A stretch of 63,478 nucleotides of DNA, filler included, from an uncultured Methanosarcinales archaeon (GTDB lineage Archaea > Nanobdellota > Nanobdellia > Woesearchaeales > GW2011-AR9), in NCBI GenBank assembly GCA_964434885.1. It is 3 parts of 3 records of this genome, joined end to end, with 100 filler letters (N's around TTAATTAATTAA, not from the genome) between each part and the next. Parts side by side here need not be neighbours in the genome. Positions count along the whole stretch, not along the records: positions 40,690 to 63,478 come from CAYSWQ010000010.1; 2 more parts are not named here. One strand, 5' to 3'. This document shows positions 56,600 through 63,478 of the stretch, piece after piece. Positions within the stretch are counted from its first letter, which is position 1, and the number at the start of each line of letters is the position of its first letter. The translations under genes were made by a program, and so were the position numbers. The notes below the pieces were generated by a model, which saw only the letters and a list, made by a program, of their open reading frames with translations, did not search any database and was not told the DNA's origin.

Positions 56600-57253
56600 A
56601 TGGTTAAAAAGAGAATTAAAAAACAAACAAAAAAGTCAAACGACCAAGTAAAGAAAAAAATGCTAAGTTATGGTGTTGGTGCTATGTTGTTATTGGCAGT
56701 GGTTGCATTGGTTTTAGTTGGAACAACAACTGGGGCAGCAGTAACAATGAAATCTTACGGAGTTACTGAAGAATTGATAAGTTCAAAAAAAGGAACCATC
56801 CAATCTATGTTAAAATTAGATAAGGCCACTTTAAAATCTATGAGTACAGTCAGTGGAAGAGAAAAAGTAGCATCAGAAATTGGTAAGACTTGGAATTTAG
56901 CAGATTCAATCGTAGACTTATATCAAGAAAACCCAAGAGTTACAATATCGAGTTTATCTTACCCTGGATTAGATAATGGGGCTAAATTGGCAGCAATGAA
57001 TTTCATGAAAAATCCTCGATGTCTGAGACAAATAGGAATTAGAAATCGAGGAAAACCATTTACTGAAAACTTGGTTGTCACAGAACTACAATATCAAGCA
57101 TGTAAGAATAAACTTGGTTGGGTCTATACATATCTTAAACATTCTTTTTACCGGATGGATGGTTCATATTTTTGTAGTCAAAGCGATGATATGCTTTTTG
57201 CAATAAATAAAGAGAATGGAGAGATTACAACTGACACAACCAATTGTCAATAA
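56600..57253 (+). CDS. Membrane-anchored hypothetical protein, tandem paralog 3
   Basis: TM + TTGAAV; TELQYQAC, HSFY, CSQS; GAGGTGA SD. Confidence 0.85.
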   Translation: MVKKRIKKQTKKSNDQVKKKMLSYGVGAMLLLAVVALVLVGTTTGAAVTMKSYGVTEELISSKKGTIQSMLKLDKATLKSMSTVSGREKVASEIGKTWNLADSIVDLYQENPRVTISSLSYPGLDNGAKLAAMNFMKNPRCLRQIGIRNRGKPFTENLVVTELQYQACKNKLGWVYTYLKHSFYRMDGSYFCSQSDDMLFAINKENGEITTDTTNCQ

Positions 57254-57277
57254 TTTTTTATTTTTTAAATTTTTTAA

Positions 57278-59008
57278 TTAAGTTTGATATATTTCTTCTA
57301 CTTCTTGACTGGTAGTTGCTTGTTCTGCTTTTTTGTCTTTTCTAAATCTGATAAATCTGGGAAAACGAATAGCTAAACCTTTGCCGTCTTCTTCTGCGCA
57401 AACATGGGCTTGTCCCCTCGTTATTTCTGCCCCTTGTACTTCCAAAACAAGTTTAGGTTCAAACCAAACATCTGGTTTCATCTCTTTTTGTACCTTTACT
57501 CTAGCAGGATTTTTTTGTACTTCATATTTTTTTAATTTTTTTGGTAGTTCTTCCAGAACCTCATCTGTAAAACCAGTTCCTAATTTAGTAACACTTTCAA
57601 AAGTGTCTTCTTGATCATTATAGGTGGCACAGAGTAATGCTCCATAATTTCCGCTTCTTTTGCCTTTGCCATAAAAAGCACCAATAATAACTAAATCAAA
57701 ATTATCTACTAATTCTTCCACATAATCTTTTTTCCATTTAATCCATAACCAACCTCTGCTTCCTGGTTGGTAAACTGAATCTTCTGCCATCGATTTAGCA
57801 ATAATCCCTTCGTAACCTTCTTTTAGTGAGTTTTTGAAAAATTTGTCAACTTCATCTATGTTCTTGGTAATGATTTTTCCGGCCATAGTAAGATGTTTTC
57901 CAGGAGTGGTGATTTTTTTTAGAGCGTCCATTCTTTCTGGATGAGGGGATTGGAGATAAGATTTTCCTTCTAGATAAATCAATTCAAATAAGAAAAAACA
58001 AACAGGGATTTTTTTAACATATTCTTCAATATCATATTTTCTTCTTCTTTGCATCAATATTTGAAATGGAAGGACGTTGTTTTTTTCATCGATAGCCACC
58101 ACTTCTCCTTCCAAAACATATTCTTTGGCTTTAACTTGTTTTTCTAAATATTGAATTACATCAGGATATTGTTCAGTAATGTTTTCTAATCTTCGAGAAA
58201 AAAGAGTAATTTTTCCTTTAGTTTTATGGGCCTGGATTCTTTCTCCATCATACTTTTCTTCTACTTCAATCTTCCCAGGAATTTTGTCTTTAATTTCTTC
58301 AATATCTTTTACTCTTTGACAGAGCATCATCTTAATTGGTCGACCAACATGAATGTCAATTTTTTCTATACCTTTCAAACCTTCTTTAGCAATAGTTTCA
58401 GCAACGATTCCAACATCTGGACAAATGTTGTAAGCATCTTCTAAAAATTTCTTATTCTTTTTTTCTCCAGTAAAAGCAATTGCTAAACTATCTAAAACAG
58501 TCATGTCTCCGACTCCCATTCTTAAAGTTCCTAAAGCAATTCGAATAAGGTATTTTGCTCCCTTGGGAGATGTTTTTTGGAGCATTTTAGCAATTTGATT
58601 AACTTTAACGTCGATGCTTTTGTTACCTTCTGCTTCAGCTACTTTGTGTAAACCTTGGAAAAGTTCACTAATAGTTAATTTTCCCAAAGGAACTAATGTC
58701 ATTGGTTTATTTTTCATGATCTTTTCAGCAGTCAATCCAGCATCACCAGTTTCTCTTAAAACTTTTTTTACTTTGGAAGAATCTACTCCTCCTGCAATAG
58801 AGATAGATTTAAGGATTGTTCTTTCGGCAATACCTAAAACTACACTTTCGTAATCAGAAGAAATCTGGCCTAATGTTAAATAAGAAATTATTTTTATTTT
58901 GTCTTTAGGAATTTCTTTGAAAAAATCTGAGAGAATTTCTCTCATTTTATTTCCAGAAGCAGTCTGTTCTAGTTCTTCGTACACCTTGACTAATTTTTCA
59001 AAATCCAT
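57278..59008 (-). CDS. lig: ATP-dependent DNA ligase
   Basis: EEKYDGERIQAH, EGE, EGIIAK, WIKWKKDY, RFPRF. Confidence 0.97.
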   Translation of the reverse strand: MDFEKLVKVYEELEQTASGNKMREILSDFFKEIPKDKIKIISYLTLGQISSDYESVVLGIAERTILKSISIAGGVDSSKVKKVLRETGDAGLTAEKIMKNKPMTLVPLGKLTISELFQGLHKVAEAEGNKSIDVKVNQIAKMLQKTSPKGAKYLIRIALGTLRMGVGDMTVLDSLAIAFTGEKKNKKFLEDAYNICPDVGIVAETIAKEGLKGIEKIDIHVGRPIKMMLCQRVKDIEEIKDKIPGKIEVEEKYDGERIQAHKTKGKITLFSRRLENITEQYPDVIQYLEKQVKAKEYVLEGEVVAIDEKNNVLPFQILMQRRRKYDIEEYVKKIPVCFFLFELIYLEGKSYLQSPHPERMDALKKITTPGKHLTMAGKIITKNIDEVDKFFKNSLKEGYEGIIAKSMAEDSVYQPGSRGWLWIKWKKDYVEELVDNFDLVIIGAFYGKGKRSGNYGALLCATYNDQEDTFESVTKLGTGFTDEVLEELPKKLKKYEVQKNPARVKVQKEMKPDVWFEPKLVLEVQGAEITRGQAHVCAEEDGKGLAIRFPRFIRFRKDKKAEQATTSQEVEEIYQT

Positions 59009-59102
59009 TCTTTGGGGATTGTGGAAGGGTTTTTAAAGTTTTGTTTGAGTTTGGCAGTTAAATCCATAACTTTTAAATATGGTTACTACTCGAGAATAGT
59101 TT

Positions 59103-59564
59103 ATGAATAAATTAGTGGGGTTTTTAGTTTTGGTTAGTTTGTTAAGTTTAACTTTTTCTTTTTTTGTATTGGGGGAAGAGGTTTCTTTTTTTAAAAGTCC
59201 AGAATTAAATTCGCCTAGTGATTGGATTAAAGAAAAACAGATTAAGGTTTACCCTACTGAAGTTGTTATCAAAATAAATAATCCATTATGGGCTAAGTTT
59301 ACAGATACTAATTCAATGGATCCATTCATAGATGAAAATAGTAATGCAATTGAAATAAAACCAAAATCTGCTTTAGATATCAAAGTGGGAGATGTGGTTT
59401 CTTATCGAGCAAAAAAAGACATTATTATTCATCGAGTTGTGAAGGTTGATAAAGATGATCAAGGAATTTATTATTTGGTTAAAGGAGATAATAACAAATT
59501 GAATGATCCGGTCAAAGTGAGATTTAAAGAAGTAGTTGGTGTTGTAGTGGCTGTGATTTATTAA
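59103..59564 (+). CDS. Signal peptidase I (S26, Ser/His type)-like protein
   Basis: N-terminal TM, TNSMDP, GDVVSY, IIHRV, KGDNN...DP. Confidence 0.8.
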   Translation: MNKLVGFLVLVSLLSLTFSFFVLGEEVSFFKSPELNSPSDWIKEKQIKVYPTEVVIKINNPLWAKFTDTNSMDPFIDENSNAIEIKPKSALDIKVGDVVSYRAKKDIIIHRVVKVDKDDQGIYYLVKGDNNKLNDPVKVRFKEVVGVVVAVIY

Positions 59565-60610
59565 ATCCCCAGTCCTTTCCTCAACCAAGGGCCGATCAGT
59601 TTAGTTATTGGTAAAGGGATTATTCTCCATAGTTTGATGAAGAGTTGGTATTTGGTTGAGTTGGGATCTACTAATGGAATTTCTTTGTTATTCCACAAGA
59701 TGAAAAAGGAAGGTAATTCTTGTAACTCTGCGCCCCATTTTCTTTTGTATTCAAATTGGCCAGATTCTTCTCTAACTCTACCAAAGTCAAAGTATTGATA
59801 ATTGTTTTTGATTGCCCATTTGATGAATTCCCAGTGCATGGCATCATTTGGTCTGAATTTTTGATAATCTGGATTGGAAATAGCAATTAAGATGTGGACT
59901 CGCTCTTTATAACAAAAACCAACCAAAGCAGAAACTAATTTGCCTTGATGATAAGAACCAATAATTTTTCCTAAGTGGTTGTTGATTATATTTTTGTAGA
60001 AACTTTTGAAATATTTTTTGGAATATGGTGGACTACCAAAGAGTTTCATGTTATGACAATATAATTTGTAAAGAGAATTTAAATCTGAGAAAGGAACATC
60101 TTTTACTTGTACATTCTTTAATGACTTCTTAACTGCTTTTCTTTTTGATTTTTGAATGTCTTTCCAAATATCTTCTTCATTGGTAAGAGTTAAGACAAAT
60201 CTTTTGTATGTATTTTGTTTTATAATTTTGTATTGGTTTGAGATGGTAGGAGAACTTAAAACTTCTTCAGTTGTTTTATCACCTCCTCTGATTTCAAGAT
60301 AACCAAAATCTTTTTTGTAATGGTTATTTAAGTGATTAATTAATTCGGGAAAGTATTTTTTATCACCAGCAAAACCACCATATTCAATATATGCAGAAGA
60401 GATAATCTTATTTCCTAAAAGGTTGTTTTTTATTTTTACAATTGGTAAGATGGTTTGTACTTTGTTATTTTCTTCAACACCCATTAAATCATACTGGCAA
60501 TTAAACGCCTCCTCAGTGAATTTCTGATACTTTGGAGTATGAAAGATATTGCTGTTTTTTAGTACATTCGGATCAAACTGGGATTGATGATTGCATTTAA
60601 CGATTCTCAT
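59561..60610 (-). CDS. FemAB-related GNAT family protein
   Basis: IFHT, YLEIRG, RKAVKKS, GSPPY, FDFGR, YKRKWG. Confidence 0.8.
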   Translation of the reverse strand: MRIVKCNHQSQFDPNVLKNSNIFHTPKYQKFTEEAFNCQYDLMGVEENNKVQTILPIVKIKNNLLGNKIISSAYIEYGGFAGDKKYFPELINHLNNHYKKDFGYLEIRGGDKTTEEVLSSPTISNQYKIIKQNTYKRFVLTLTNEEDIWKDIQKSKRKAVKKSLKNVQVKDVPFSDLNSLYKLYCHNMKLFGSPPYSKKYFKSFYKNIINNHLGKIIGSYHQGKLVSALVGFCYKERVHILIAISNPDYQKFRPNDAMHWEFIKWAIKNNYQYFDFGRVREESGQFEYKRKWGAELQELPSFFILWNNKEIPLVDPNSTKYQLFIKLWRIIPLPITKLIGPWLRKGLGI

Positions 60611-61704
60611 TTAGATCTTCCTGCTACTTTTAATTTTTCATGGATTTGTGTGATTATTTTAGTGAATTTTTTAATTTCTTTTGGGTTTCGATACAAAGCA
60701 AAAGTAAGGCAGCTTTTTTGAGTCTTAATAGATTGTGGTTTATCTAAACCGTAAAACGTTTTCATTTCTCCAAAATCAATTCCCAATTTTAGCAATATTT
60801 TTTGAAAATGGTTTTTGTTTTCGGAACGAATGGCTAAGTAAAGATGAGATGGTGATGAGTTTGGAATTGGTTGGACTAAATCTAGTTTATCTTTAAGATG
60901 TCGGATGCAGAAATCAGCATTTTTTTTTCTTTGTTCTAGAATCGAAGAGTATCTTCTGAATTGGTTGATAATAATTTTTTTGGCAAGTTTAGGCATCTTG
61001 TGATTCAAAGAGGCAGGTGTTTTGTTTAGTTCCTTTTTTAGTAATTTCTTAGATAATGGATAGATACGAGGATGGAAAAAAACAGGCGAGATTATAACCT
61101 CAGCAAAAACTTTGAGTAGTTTACTTAAAGGAAATTTTGAAATTGGTTTTAGTTTGATTTTAGTATTACTACTAATCATTCCTCCACAAAAGCCAATATT
61201 TTTACTGATACCAAAAGAGTAAAAAGCATAATCTCCAAAACTGCCTGCTAAACGGTTTTGGTGTGTTGCTCCTAAAGCTTGAGCACAATCTTCTATTAAA
61301 ATAACATTGTGTTGTTTGCATAATTCTTTGATTTTTGAAATTTCTGGTAGGAAGCCAAAATTGTAGCAAAGAACTAATGTGTCTATTTTATGGATTATTT
61401 TTTTGATATCTTCTATATTTGAGATGATACTTGAATCATAAATAATTGGTTGACAATTAGCTCTTTTTACCGTTTCTAAAACAACTTGACAAGTATACGC
61501 TGGAACTCCAACTCTTAAACTTTGTTTTTTTTCTTTGAGATGAATTAATATCTGTCTGAGGGCTTCTCGACCAGAACCAGTCCAATAAAGATGTTGATTG
61601 GGAATGTATTTTCGCAACTGAACTTTTCCTAATTGGCTTGATTTCTTAAAAATAGCGAACAAATCAGTGATTCTAGGAGTGATTTTCTGTTGACTAATAA
61701 GCAT
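60607..61704 (-). CDS. DegT/DnrJ/EryC1/StrS family PLP-dependent sugar aminotransferase-like protein
   Basis: GSGREAL, VPAYTC, LIEDCAQALGA, GSFGD, SFGISKN. Confidence 0.85.
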   Translation of the reverse strand: MLISQQKITPRITDLFAIFKKSSQLGKVQLRKYIPNQHLYWTGSGREALRQILIHLKEKKQSLRVGVPAYTCQVVLETVKRANCQPIIYDSSIISNIEDIKKIIHKIDTLVLCYNFGFLPEISKIKELCKQHNVILIEDCAQALGATHQNRLAGSFGDYAFYSFGISKNIGFCGGMISSNTKIKLKPISKFPLSKLLKVFAEVIISPVFFHPRIYPLSKKLLKKELNKTPASLNHKMPKLAKKIIINQFRRYSSILEQRKKNADFCIRHLKDKLDLVQPIPNSSPSHLYLAIRSENKNHFQKILLKLGIDFGEMKTFYGLDKPQSIKTQKSCLTFALYRNPKEIKKFTKIITQIHEKLKVAGRSK

Positions 61705-61849
61705 AAGTGGATTTGGTTGATTTGTTTTAAAAGGATTGTGAATTTGGGAATTTATGGTTGTTTGATAAATTCACTAAAAAACCATACTTTTTTATATGTT
61801 TTTGATTTACCAGAGATATTAAGCTTTTAAGTAAATTAGGAGGTTGAAG

Positions 61850-62074
61850 ATGATAGAAGATGTAGGAAGGATATTGAAAGGTGCTTTCTTTTTTGTAGCA
61901 ATTGTGTTTATTTTTGGGTTGGGAGTTTCAGCTGGTTTTTTTGGTTTAGGACCAGGAGAGTTTGTTGGTGGAGGAATTACTGGAGCAGTAACTGCTGAAA
62001 ATAATGAATGTCCAGTTTATGAATGTAAATTAGAAAATAATGAATGTAAATTGGTGGAAAAAACCAAAAGCTAA
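61850..62074 (+). CDS. Small membrane protein with ITGAV motif and Cys-rich tail
   Basis: AGGAGG SD at 61838-61843; TM; GITGAVT. Confidence 0.7.
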   Translation: MIEDVGRILKGAFFFVAIVFIFGLGVSAGFFGLGPGEFVGGGITGAVTAENNECPVYECKLENNECKLVEKTKS

Positions 62075-62922
62075 TGCCAAGGTTTTAATTCGGGAACTCT
62101 TTCTTCCATCTCAGCTAAATCTCGTGGGAATTTCCGAGACAAGATCATCAATACCATACGAGCTAAAACATCTCTTTCGGTAGAATATAAATCAGCGACC
62201 GCTTGTAGATCTTGATTATGATCCCGAAAGAAATTTTCAATATCTTTGGCATGTTTCAAAGCGGTTTGCATTCTCTCTTTGGTTGGATTCTTGATAAAAA
62301 TTGCGGGGCGATTATACAGAGAACCTCGAGCATAAGAAAGATCTCTGGCTCTTCGCCGATCAAGTAAACCACCCAAGATACCATTAACTATACTTACGCA
62401 ATAAACATGGTTTTCTTTAGGATGAGAGATTTTAACTTGAGGGAAAACCCGACCAAACACACTTCCTTCCACTAACCCAGAACTTCGGTCTCCCCACCCT
62501 TGGGTAGTGTGACAATCTACATGGAGATATGCAATAGTATCTTCATCCCTGTGCTCAAAACCAAGAACATAACCATGTGGTTGTTGACCCATTAGATATT
62601 GCTTCAATGGTACACCTCGAGTATTACCATAATTAGGATTACCAACAGGACGATTACAAGAATGTTCGTAAAATGAATCCATCTTCTCCCCAAAAAATTC
62701 TGGCATGGTTGCTCGGAGAATGGCATTAGATAAATCTCCGATTTCAAAATCCCTTCGCCAGGTTTCCTTACCACTGTCCTCTTCCAAATAAGGCAATCCA
62801 ATAGATGGTTCAAAACCAAAATTAACAAGTCCTTTTTCCTCGTTTATTTTGATATCTAAACTATTGGGAATATCAACTTCTGCTATACCGCTTAAAAAGC
62901 TATATTGTCTGTATGAATTCAT
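62071..62922 (-). CDS. Hypothetical protein
   Basis: 283-aa ORF, no motif recognised. Confidence 0.7.
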   Translation of the reverse strand: MNSYRQYSFLSGIAEVDIPNSLDIKINEEKGLVNFGFEPSIGLPYLEEDSGKETWRRDFEIGDLSNAILRATMPEFFGEKMDSFYEHSCNRPVGNPNYGNTRGVPLKQYLMGQQPHGYVLGFEHRDEDTIAYLHVDCHTTQGWGDRSSGLVEGSVFGRVFPQVKISHPKENHVYCVSIVNGILGGLLDRRRARDLSYARGSLYNRPAIFIKNPTKERMQTALKHAKDIENFFRDHNQDLQAVADLYSTERDVLARMVLMILSRKFPRDLAEMEERVPELKPWH

Positions 62923-62937
62923 TGTTCTAGTAAATAA

Positions 62938-63366
62938 TTACTTTTTCTTTTTTACTGGTAGAACTCCAGCTAATTCACCAACAACATTAATCAGTTCGGT
63001 GTCAGTAGGAATAACTATCTTAGCATTGTCTCTCAAAGCAGATTCTGTTGCTTTTAGCTTTCTTAATAATTGAGCATTACCAACGAAATACTTGTCAGCA
63101 GCTTCATTAACTAATTTTATGGCTTTTGCTTCTCCTTCAGCCTCCAAGATCTTAAATTGCTTAACTCCGTCAGCTTCTTTGATTTTAGCTCTTCTGATTC
63201 CATCAGCTTCTGTTTCTCTTGCGGAAGCAAAATCTAAAGCAGCAATCTTTTCGTTTTCTGCCTTAACAACTTTATTCATTGTATCTTGAACATCTTTAGG
63301 AGGGTCAATCTCTTTCAACTCTGTTCGAACCACTTCAATTCCCCAGTTATGTGTTTCTTTTTTCAA
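62938..63366 (-). pseudogene. C-terminal half of an SPFH/band-7 (stomatin-like) protein
   Basis: WGIEVVRTELKEIDPPKDVQ..M...AE..K.A...AE coiled coil. An in-frame TAG at 63373-63375 and unrelated sequence upstream mean the N-terminal SPFH domain is missing. Confidence 0.65.
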
Positions 63367-63478
63367 AAGAAACTAAGAAGTAAAACAATAGAAATAAAAT
63401 ACGACGTTTATCATTGTTATTGTTTTATTTTCTCTTTAATGTTTCGTCACAATATAAAATAAAAAAGTAAAGCACAGA

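Noticed and set aside
63373..63414. TAG readthrough joining an upstream ATG (63414) to the SPFH fragment
   Set aside because: The 13 upstream codons are not SPFH-like and cannot supply the missing domain; TAG acts as a normal stop in other genes here.

Overview
AT-rich archaeal DNA, most likely a DPANN (Woesearchaeota-like) metagenome-assembled genome. The evidence is archaeal ValRS, GatE, RadB, RFC-L, MBF1, TrmB, an ATP-dependent ligase, an intron-containing tRNA and TATA-proximal leaderless-looking genes. The window is three contigs joined by artificial 100-nt N44-TTAATTAATTAA-N44 linkers (13613-13712, 40590-40689), so gene adjacency across those points means nothing. It holds housekeeping genes (cysS, valS, glyS, hisS, gatE, rfcL, radB, map, dcd, pyrH, lig), a surface-glycosylation cluster, many secreted or surface proteins and three nucleotidyltransferase+partner pairs. 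The most striking items are: (1) two paralogous HTH + 16-aa tandem repeat (5 vs 11 copies, variable residue pair) + HNH nuclease genes just downstream of tRNA-Arg(GCG), the first bracketed by a 20-bp duplication of the tRNA 3' end, with no integrase visible on the contig; (2) a dispersed GC-rich intergenic structured element in two copies with a near-identical core and covarying stems, plus a third long hairpin that may be related; (3) a divergent pair of M23-peptidase-like surface proteins. No rRNA, CRISPR array, transposase or reverse transcriptase was recognised. All family calls come from motifs recognised by eye, not from database searches.
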